Assembly (NCBI GenBank): GCA_037190765.1
Contig: JBBCJW010000025.1
Coordinates: 14,124 to 78,123, forward strand
Direction of reading: 5' to 3'
Length of the DNA stretch: 64,000 nucleotides
Source: Alphaproteobacteria bacterium
GTDB taxonomy: Bacteria > Pseudomonadota > Alphaproteobacteria > Reyranellales > JAQSWP01
Shown: in pieces, positions 57,556-64,000 of the stretch
Layout: each line of letters opens with the position of its first letter
How positions within the stretch are numbered: the stretch's first letter is position 1
The notes under the pieces: generated by a model
Told to the model about the DNA's origin: nothing
Database searches by the model: none
The model's input: only the letters and a program-made list of their open reading frames with translations
Translations under genes and position numbers: made by a program

Positions 57556-57654
57556 TAGCGAAACGGCATCGATCCGTTATCTAACCGGTATTGGAATCGA
57601 CGAACGGGCCCCGTCTAGGCTTCGCATCAGCAACCGAGCGAGCCTGTAGAGCCG

Positions 57655-58449
57655 ATGTCGTATATTCCAAGAAAGCTGCCGCAGCGCATTGCCGTGAACG
57701 GCATCCACGTCGAGATGTTTGCCGCCGGTACGGGGCGGCCGCTGCTTTTCCTGCACGGCAGCGAAGGCCTCGACAGCGAGGCGCCGTTCCTGTCGGAACT
57801 GGCCAGGCATTTCTCGGTCGTGGCGCCGTCGCATCCCGGTTTCGGCCATTCCGAGCTGCCGGCGCATTTCAGTTCGGTCGACGACCTGTCCTATTTCTAT
57901 CTCGATCTGCTCGAAAGCCTGGATCTTGCCGACGTGCTGCTGGTCGGCGTGTCGCTGGGCGGCTGGATCGCGGCCGAGATCGCGGTGAAGACGCCGGCGC
58001 GCGTCGGCGCGCTGGTCGTCGCCGGCGCCATGGGGGTGAAGCTGGGGAAGCGGGAGGAGCGCGACATCGTCGACATCTTCTCGCTGCCCGGTTCCACGGT
58101 GCGCGAGCTGACCTACAGCGACGCCCGCTTCGCCGTCCAGGCCGATCCGCCCGACGAGGCTCTGGCCTATCTGCTGGCGCGGAACATGGAGGCAGCGGCG
58201 CTCTACGGCTGGCTGCCCTACATGCACAACCCCAAGCTCAAGCACCGCCTGCACCGCATTGCCGTGTCGACGCTGGTGCTGTGGGGAGAGAACGATCGCA
58301 TCGTCAGCCCGCAATTCGGCCGCGAGTACTGCGCCCGCATTCCCACCGGCCGGTTCGAGCTGATCGAGCGGGCGGGACACTATCCGCATATCGAGCGGCC
58401 GGGCGAGTTCGCTTCCCGCATCCTGCGGTTTGTCGGGACGGGCGGCTGA
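57655..58449 (+). CDS. alpha/beta hydrolase (meta-cleavage-product / C-C hydrolase-like)
   Basis: LLFLHGSEG, nucleophile elbow GVSLGG and ERAGHYPHIERP. Confidence 0.75.
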   Translation: MSYIPRKLPQRIAVNGIHVEMFAAGTGRPLLFLHGSEGLDSEAPFLSELARHFSVVAPSHPGFGHSELPAHFSSVDDLSYFYLDLLESLDLADVLLVGVSLGGWIAAEIAVKTPARVGALVVAGAMGVKLGKREERDIVDIFSLPGSTVRELTYSDARFAVQADPPDEALAYLLARNMEAAALYGWLPYMHNPKLKHRLHRIAVSTLVLWGENDRIVSPQFGREYCARIPTGRFELIERAGHYPHIERPGEFASRILRFVGTGG

Positions 58450-58483
58450 AGTGGCGAGGTTGGGGAAATCGGAAAGGAAAGCG

Positions 58484-59707
58484 ATGCGCGTATTCTATTT
58501 CACCGAACAGCCCTATCCGGAGGCGTGGCTGAAGGACGCCAAGTCGCTGCGTATCTCGCTGCCCAACGAGCTGTGCGATCCGGCCGTGGCCGCCGATCGC
58601 TACCACGACTATCTCGATCAATGGATGCTGGCCGACCGGCTCGGCCTCGACATCATGGTCAACGAGCATCACAGCACGGCGACCTGCGTGTCGCCGTCGG
58701 TCAACCTGACGCTGGGCATTCTGGCGCGCATCACCAAGCGGGCGCGCCTGCTGTCGCTGGGCGTGCCGCTGCCCAACCGTCCCGATCCGCTGCGCGTGGC
58801 CGAGGAGATGTCGGTCATCGACGTGTTGTCCCGCGGCCGGCTGGAGATGGGGTTCGTCAAGAGCGTCGCCTACGAGGTGCCGGTCGCCCTGACCAATCCG
58901 GTGCGGATGATGGACCGGCTGTGGGAGGCGCATGATCTGATCCTGAAGGCGATGACGACGCGCAACGGACCCTTCTCCTGGGAGGGCGAGCATTTCCACT
59001 ACCGCAACGTCAATATCTGGCCGCGTCCGTTCCAGACGCCGCACCCGCCGGTGTGGATCACGGCTTCCAGCACCCCCAGCGTGCGGGCCATCGCCCAGCG
59101 CGGCTACGTCGTCGCCACCTTCATGAGCGGCTACGGCGCCAAGGCGTTGTTCGATACCTATCGCGAGGTGCGCGCCGAGATGGGGCAGCCACCGCCGGCG
59201 GCCGATCGCTTCGGCTATTGCGCCCTGGTCGCGATTGCCGACAGCGAGGCCGAAGCCATGCGGCGGGCCGACCTGATTTCGGAATACGTGCGCACCACCG
59301 CCATCGTCAGCGAGCAGTTCAAGTATCCGCCCGGCTATGCCGGGGTCGAGGCCGATGCCAAGCGCCTGCAGCTTGGCGCCGCGGTCGATTTCCGCACCAT
59401 CGCCGGGGTAGGCGGCAGGCGGGTGACCTTCGCCAACGCTTCCTCTGCCGACTTGGTTGCCTCGGGCTGCATGTTCGCCGGCACGCCGGCGCAGGTGGTG
59501 CGCCAGATCCTCGATTTCTCCGATGCGCTGGGCGGCATCGGAAACTTCCTGCTCATGGGCCATGGCGGATTGCTGAGCCAGGCCGATGCGCTGGACAACA
59601 TCCGCCTGCTGGGCGAACGCGTATTGCCGGCCTTGCGCGCGGGATCCGCCAACGGGCTCGCGCCGGAAGCGGCATCGAAGGAGAAACGCAGCGCCCTTTC
59701 AGCCTGA
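58484..59707 (+). CDS. LLM-class (luciferase-like) flavin-dependent monooxygenase
   Basis: MRVFYFTEQPY...MVNEHHS...GRLEMGF is typical of the LLM family. SD GGAAAGGAAAG. Confidence 0.8.
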   Translation: MRVFYFTEQPYPEAWLKDAKSLRISLPNELCDPAVAADRYHDYLDQWMLADRLGLDIMVNEHHSTATCVSPSVNLTLGILARITKRARLLSLGVPLPNRPDPLRVAEEMSVIDVLSRGRLEMGFVKSVAYEVPVALTNPVRMMDRLWEAHDLILKAMTTRNGPFSWEGEHFHYRNVNIWPRPFQTPHPPVWITASSTPSVRAIAQRGYVVATFMSGYGAKALFDTYREVRAEMGQPPPAADRFGYCALVAIADSEAEAMRRADLISEYVRTTAIVSEQFKYPPGYAGVEADAKRLQLGAAVDFRTIAGVGGRRVTFANASSADLVASGCMFAGTPAQVVRQILDFSDALGGIGNFLLMGHGGLLSQADALDNIRLLGERVLPALRAGSANGLAPEAASKEKRSALSA

Positions 59708-59747
59708 CGGCACGGTCGAACGGATAAAAACCACAAGGGAGGCGATA

Positions 59748-60716
59748 ATGAGAACAGCAGCATGGATCTGCACCGCATTGATCGCGGCGGCGGCGCTGGC
59801 CGGTCCGGCCGCGGCGCAAAACTACCCCAACCAGCCGGTCCGCATGGTCATCGCGACCACGCCGGGCGGGATGATCGATCCCTTCGTGCGCCTGATCGGC
59901 GATCAGTTCCAGAAGGAGCTTGGCCAGCCCGTCGTCATGGAATTCAAGCCCGGCGCCGGCGGCCTGCTGGGCGGGCAGTACGTCGCCAAGGCCAAGCCCG
60001 ACGGCTATACGCTGTGGCTGAGCAGCGTCGGTCCGCTGGCCCTCAATCCCGCACTGGGCAACGCGCCCTACGACGTGCAGCGCGACTTCACGCCCATCGC
60101 CATGATGTTCACCACGCCCAACGTGCTGGTGGTGCCGGCGGCGTTGCCGGTGAAATCGATCCCCGATCTGGTGAAGCTGTCGAAGGACCGGCCGGAAGGG
60201 CTCAGCTATGCCTCCGGTGGCGTCGGCGCCTCGCACCATCTGGCCGGCGAGCTGTTCCGTTCGGTGACCGGCGGCAATTTCACCCATATCCCGTACCGGG
60301 GACAAACCGGCGTGACCACCGATCTCGTCGCCGGCCGTGTGCAGTTCTATTTTTCCAATGTCTCGCCGGTCGTGCCCCTGATCGAGGCCGGCCAGCTCCG
60401 CGCCCTGGCGGTCACCTCGCCCAAGCGGCTGTCTCTTCTGCCCGACACCCCGACCAGCGACGAGGCGGGTCTGTCGAACTTCTATACCGGCGGCTTCCTC
60501 GCCGTGGTCGGTCCGGCCGGCATGCCGGCGGACATGGTCGTCAAGCTCAACGGCGTCATCAACCGGGCGATGCAGACGCCGGAGGGGCGGAAGCTGACGC
60601 TCGATAACGCCGGCGAGCCGCTGGAAGGGCCGCCCGAGACCTTGGCCAAGTTCCTGGTCGAGGAACAGGCGAAATGGACCAAGGTGGTCAAGGACAACAA
60701 CATCAAGGTCGACTGA
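59748..60716 (+). CDS. Bug-family (TctC-like) substrate-binding protein
   Basis: Signal peptide followed by QNYPNQPVRMVIATTPGG. SD GGGAGG. Confidence 0.9.
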   Translation: MRTAAWICTALIAAAALAGPAAAQNYPNQPVRMVIATTPGGMIDPFVRLIGDQFQKELGQPVVMEFKPGAGGLLGGQYVAKAKPDGYTLWLSSVGPLALNPALGNAPYDVQRDFTPIAMMFTTPNVLVVPAALPVKSIPDLVKLSKDRPEGLSYASGGVGASHHLAGELFRSVTGGNFTHIPYRGQTGVTTDLVAGRVQFYFSNVSPVVPLIEAGQLRALAVTSPKRLSLLPDTPTSDEAGLSNFYTGGFLAVVGPAGMPADMVVKLNGVINRAMQTPEGRKLTLDNAGEPLEGPPETLAKFLVEEQAKWTKVVKDNNIKVD

Positions 60717-60755
60717 GCCGGCATCGCCTGGCGCGTCTGACGGGAGGAGTAGGGT

Positions 60756-61706
60756 ATGGATGCCGAAGCGCGTTGGGACCCGGAAATGCTGGCGGTGCAG
60801 AAAGCCTACGAACAGGAGGCCGCCAAGCATCCGCCGGTGACGTTGACGCCACCGCTCGACTCGCACCGCAAGGTGCATCAGACGCTCAACAACACGCTCG
60901 GCGTCGGCGAGCCGAAAATGGCCGACAGCGCCGAGCGGTGGATCTGGACGCGCGGTCGGCGCGTGTTCTGTCGCGTGCATCGGCCGCGCACCGATCGGCC
61001 GCTGCCGGCCGTCGTCTACATGCATGGCGGCGGCTGGGTATGGGCCTCGGTCGACACCCATGACCGCTTGACGCGCGAATATGCGGCCGGCGGCGAGGTG
61101 GCCATGGTGGTGATCGACTATGCGCTGGCGCCGGAGACGAAATTTCCGGGCGCGATCGAGGAGTGCGTGGCGATGGTGCGCCATATCGCCGAGCATGGCA
61201 GCGACTGGGGCCTCGACCCGCATCGCATCGGCGTCGCCGGCGATTCCTCGGGCGGCAATCTAGCACTAGCCACCGCCCTCTATCTGCGCGACCACGGCGG
61301 GCCGGCGCTCAAGGGACTGATGACCGCCTACCCGGTGTGTGACAACGACTTCACCCGGTCCAGCTACAGGGATTACGGCAACGGCTTCAAGCTGACCGTC
61401 GAGGGCATGAAGGCGTACTGGAACGCCTACCTGCCGCACGACGCGGATCGCACCCATCCGCTGGCCGCACCGCTGCGCGCCAACCTCGCCGGATTGCCGC
61501 CGACTCTGATCCAGCTTGCCGAACTCGATCCGCTGCGCTCGGAAGGCGAGGAACTGGCGCGCCGGCTGACCGGCGCCGGCGTGGCCTGCGACCTGCAGGT
61601 CTATCCCGGCATGATCCATGGTTTCGTGCGCGCTACGAATGGCGTCGCCCGCGCCCGCGAAGCCATGCAGCATGCCGGCGCCTGGCTGCGTCGAACCATG
61701 GCCTGA
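60756..61706 (+). CDS. alpha/beta-hydrolase-fold-3 esterase/lipase (HSL family)
   Basis: Oxyanion motif HGGGW, nucleophile GDSSGG, then DPLRSEG and HGF. Confidence 0.85.
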   Translation: MDAEARWDPEMLAVQKAYEQEAAKHPPVTLTPPLDSHRKVHQTLNNTLGVGEPKMADSAERWIWTRGRRVFCRVHRPRTDRPLPAVVYMHGGGWVWASVDTHDRLTREYAAGGEVAMVVIDYALAPETKFPGAIEECVAMVRHIAEHGSDWGLDPHRIGVAGDSSGGNLALATALYLRDHGGPALKGLMTAYPVCDNDFTRSSYRDYGNGFKLTVEGMKAYWNAYLPHDADRTHPLAAPLRANLAGLPPTLIQLAELDPLRSEGEELARRLTGAGVACDLQVYPGMIHGFVRATNGVARAREAMQHAGAWLRRTMA

Positions 61707-61716
61707 CGGAGTGGGT

Positions 61717-62043
61717 TCAGCGCAGTTTGGAGTAGCGGGTGGGTTTCCAGATGTAGTTTTCGAAACTGGCCACCAGATTGCCCTCGCGCTGCGCCTCGGC
61801 GAGGCTGGAAATCCATTCGGGATCTTCCTGAAAGGCGGTGAAGCGGGTCTCGCGTTCGGCCAGCGACTCCCATTCGAGCAGATAGGTCAGGTCCTGGTTG
61901 CTGGGGCCGATCAAGGTGGTCCAGAAGCCGACCTGCCGGATGCCGTGCTTGTCCCACAGGCGCAGGGTGACGGTCTCGAACAGCCGGCTCAGCGCCGGCA
62001 GGCGGCCGGGTATGCAGTGATAGATCCTGATTTCATGCAGCAT
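61717..62043 (-). CDS. NIPSNAP-family protein
   Basis: MLHEIRIYHCIPGRLPAL...FWTTLIGPSNQDLTYLLEWESLAERE; 108 aa. SD GGGAGGG. Confidence 0.75.
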   Translation of the reverse strand: MLHEIRIYHCIPGRLPALSRLFETVTLRLWDKHGIRQVGFWTTLIGPSNQDLTYLLEWESLAERETRFTAFQEDPEWISSLAEAQREGNLVASFENYIWKPTRYSKLR

Positions 62044-62058
62044 TAGCGCCCTCCCGGC

Positions 62059-62090
62059 TTGAATAGAATTCTACCGAATGTTAGTTTGAA
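62059..62090 (+). promoter_or_regulatory. candidate promoter with shared 14-nt motif (site f)
   Basis: TTGAAT, a 17-nt spacer, then TAGTTT. The motif aatgttagtttgaa is at 62077-62090. Confidence 0.45.
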
Positions 62091-62099
62091 TACTCGGCG

Positions 62100-62894
62100 A
62101 TGCAAGCGGAGAACGGACGGGTGCCGGGAGTGGATGACGCAGGACGTCTTGCGGGCAAGGTGGCCCTGATCACCGGCGCCGGAGCGGGGATCGGTCGTGC
62201 CGCGGCGCTGCTGTTCGCCCGCCATGGCGCTTTGGTCGGCGTGCTCGATCTGTCGGCGGCTGCTGCCGAACAGACTGTCGGGCAGATCGCCGCCGCGGGC
62301 GGAACGGCTCTCGCCGTCGCCTGCGACGTGACCGGCGAAACCAGCGTGCAAGAGGCGGTCGAGGCCGTTGTCGGACGCTTCGGTCGTCTGGACGTGCTCT
62401 ACAACAATGCCGGCGGTTCGGGCGTGCACGATGGAACGGTGGCCGACGCGCCGAGCGAAGAGTTCTGGAACGCCATGCGCCTGAACGTATTCGGCACCTG
62501 GCTTTGCAGCCGCTACGCCTTGCCCCACATCATAGCTGCCGGCGGCGGAGCGATTATCAACACCTCCTCGATCGTGGCCATCAAGGGCATTGCCGGCAAG
62601 CATGCCTATGCGGCGGCCAAGGGGGCGATCGTTTCCCTGACCCGCACCATGGCGGTCGAGTATGCGCCGCAGAAAGTACGGGTGAATGCCATCGCCCCTT
62701 CGGTGACGATGACCGATCGGGTCAAGGGCTTCCTGCAGGCGTCCAATCGCAGTTCCGGTCTGGCGGCGATGCACATGCTGGGCCTGGGCGAACCGGAGGA
62801 TATCGCCGCCGGCGCGCTTTACCTGGCCAGCGACGAATCGCGGCTGGTGACCGGCCAGGTGCTCAGCATCGACAGCGGCGTCAGCATTCGGTAG
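62100..62894 (+). CDS. SDR family oxidoreductase
   Basis: ITGAGAGIG and catalytic YAAAKGAI. The start could be GTG 62121, which follows GGAGAA. Confidence 0.85.
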   Translation: MQAENGRVPGVDDAGRLAGKVALITGAGAGIGRAAALLFARHGALVGVLDLSAAAAEQTVGQIAAAGGTALAVACDVTGETSVQEAVEAVVGRFGRLDVLYNNAGGSGVHDGTVADAPSEEFWNAMRLNVFGTWLCSRYALPHIIAAGGGAIINTSSIVAIKGIAGKHAYAAAKGAIVSLTRTMAVEYAPQKVRVNAIAPSVTMTDRVKGFLQASNRSSGLAAMHMLGLGEPEDIAAGALYLASDESRLVTGQVLSIDSGVSIR

Positions 62895-62954
62895 AGCAAA
62901 TCACGTTCTGACGGAATCGCGGGCGATCCCGTCAGAACGTGTGAATTTGCTCTA
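62892..62954. repeat. REP-like palindromic intergenic element, best-preserved copy
   Basis: tagagcaaatcacgttctgacgg-aatcgcgggcgatc-ccgtcagaacgtgtgaatttgctcta. The ~23-25-nt arms differ by one small indel. It starts in the SDR stop codon. Confidence 0.65.
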
Positions 62955-62985
62955 AACATTGAGGCTAGCGCGACGGAGGCGTAGC

Positions 62986-63786
62986 GTGGAACCGACGGCA
63001 ATCCTGGCGGATCGACTGGTGAGGGCCCGGCGCAGCAATCTGGCGCTGCCGGCCTTTCCGGGCAGCATTCCACCAACGGCGGAAGCCGCCTATGCGGTGC
63101 AGCGGCGGGCGATCCGGCTTTGGGGCGGGCGACCGGCGGGGTGGAAGATCGGAGCGGTGAGGCCGGAATGGCAGTCGGCGTTCGGGAGCACGCGATTTGT
63201 CGGCCCAATATTCTCCGACTCGATCCGCTACGCTTCCGAAAACGAATGCGTGGACATTCCGATCGTGCTGGGCGGCTTCGGGGTCGTCGAGGCCGAACTC
63301 ATTGTGGAGCTTGCGGTCGATCTCCCGCCGCGCACCGGCGGTTACAGCATGGAGGAACTGGACAGCGCCATCGGTCGGCTCCATGTGGGAGCTGAGATCG
63401 CAGGCAGTTCCGTTCCCGATATTGTGGCGCTCGGGCCTTGTGCGATCGTTGCCGATTTTGGCGTGAATCGCGGGTCGATCGTCGGTCCCGAGATACGAAA
63501 CTGGCGGACGCACCCTCTTTCATCCCTGCAGGTCAGCGCCTATTGGCAGGGCCAGAAGGGCAATTGCGCATACGGCAGTGCGGGGGCGTTGGAGGGAGGA
63601 TTGGTCGGCGCGCTTTCGGCTTGTGTCGATTCTCTGGCAGGCAGTGGCATATTGTTGAAAAAGGGAGATCTGATCTCAACCGGCGCTCTCTGCGGCCTGC
63701 GACCGCTACAAGCGGGAAAGTGTGCGATTCTGACCTTTGAAAATATCGGACAGATCGAAGTTCGCTTCCATGGCCAGTACCGGTAG
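62986..63786 (+). CDS. 2-keto-4-pentenoate hydratase (MhpD)-like hydratase/decarboxylase, FAH fold
   Basis: AEAAYAVQ...GWKIG...VEAELIVELAVDL. GTG 62986 has GGAGG 6 nt upstream. The ORF opens at 62959, next to the repeat. Confidence 0.7.
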   Translation: MEPTAILADRLVRARRSNLALPAFPGSIPPTAEAAYAVQRRAIRLWGGRPAGWKIGAVRPEWQSAFGSTRFVGPIFSDSIRYASENECVDIPIVLGGFGVVEAELIVELAVDLPPRTGGYSMEELDSAIGRLHVGAEIAGSSVPDIVALGPCAIVADFGVNRGSIVGPEIRNWRTHPLSSLQVSAYWQGQKGNCAYGSAGALEGGLVGALSACVDSLAGSGILLKKGDLISTGALCGLRPLQAGKCAILTFENIGQIEVRFHGQYR

Positions 63787-64000
63787 TCCAGAACGGAAAT
63801 CATTTGGAAGAGGTTTATTTTAGCGCTGGCTTCCCGGTAACGTTCGGGTCCGTTCGCTACCCGGCAATAGCCCATGGACGGTTGCAGCGGTGGTGTTGCT
63901 GAAGACGGAACGAATACCCGACCGATCTGCCGAGATTCGTCGAGTGATGGCGCTGGGTTCGATTGTCGTGACCTGACCGGGTCGGATTTTGCATTGCAGT

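Noticed and set aside
57556-57654. LysR-type T-N11-A box upstream of the alpha/beta hydrolase gene (around TAACCGGTA and the ATCGAT ... ATCGAC repeat)
   Set aside because: Several weak candidates can be drawn but none is a convincing dyad. I did not list it as a feature.
63930-63990. tRNA-like GGTTCGATT T-loop string near the 3' end of the window, a possible tRNA or att site
   Set aside because: The flanking bases do not form a T-stem (gctgg / tgtcg are not complementary). No acceptor stem, anticodon arm or CCA context can be built.

Overview
High-GC proteobacterial chromosomal segment, not assignable to a genus from sequence alone. It is almost fully coding: about 61 intact CDS and 2 gene remnants. 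I found no rRNA, tRNA, CRISPR array, IS element, integrase or phage gene. Nearly every gene serves uptake or CoA-thioester catabolism of carboxylic acids. Transport: one complete Liv-type ABC importer with an acyl-CoA synthetase embedded in the operon (1913-8753). A second Liv-type importer has a fused permease-ATPase (19686-24502), and an orphan paralogous binding protein lies at 16293-17516. One TctBA membrane pair (39054-41077) is accompanied by five intact Bug/TctC binding-protein genes and one Bug fragment. Catabolism: 3 AMP-forming ligases, 4 family-III CoA-transferase/racemase homologues, 6 crotonase-fold enzymes, 1 MaoC double-hotdog hydratase and 5 acyl-CoA dehydrogenase genes, one of them an adjacent alpha/beta-type pair. 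There are also 7 SDRs (2 lack the YxxxK motif), an SCPx-type thiolase-like protein and a BadH/BadI-like ring-cleavage pair. Further genes encode 2 SMP-30 lactonases, 3 esterase/hydrolases, an LLM flavin monooxygenase, a TauD-family dioxygenase, a bicupin, SnoaL-like and NIPSNAP proteins and an MhpD-like hydratase. Regulators are 3 TetR, 1 IclR and 1 LysR. My reading, which is inference, is a multi-operon supercluster for methyl-branched and/or alicyclic, lactone- or ester-bearing carboxylates such as terpenoid, naphthenic-acid or steroid-side-chain-like compounds. The most notable features seen directly in the sequence are these four. (1) A 14-nt AT-rich operator/promoter motif recurs at seven sites and links six transcription units between 30 and 62 kb. 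(2) A mirror-image TetR divergon carries duplicated binding-protein/ligase/lactonase modules and a palindromic operator. (3) A Bug plus dehydrogenase module has an inverted, reciprocally decayed duplicate that ends at a REP-like palindrome. (4) A family of three roughly 60-bp palindromic repeats is present. All functional calls come from motif recognition by eye; no database search was run.
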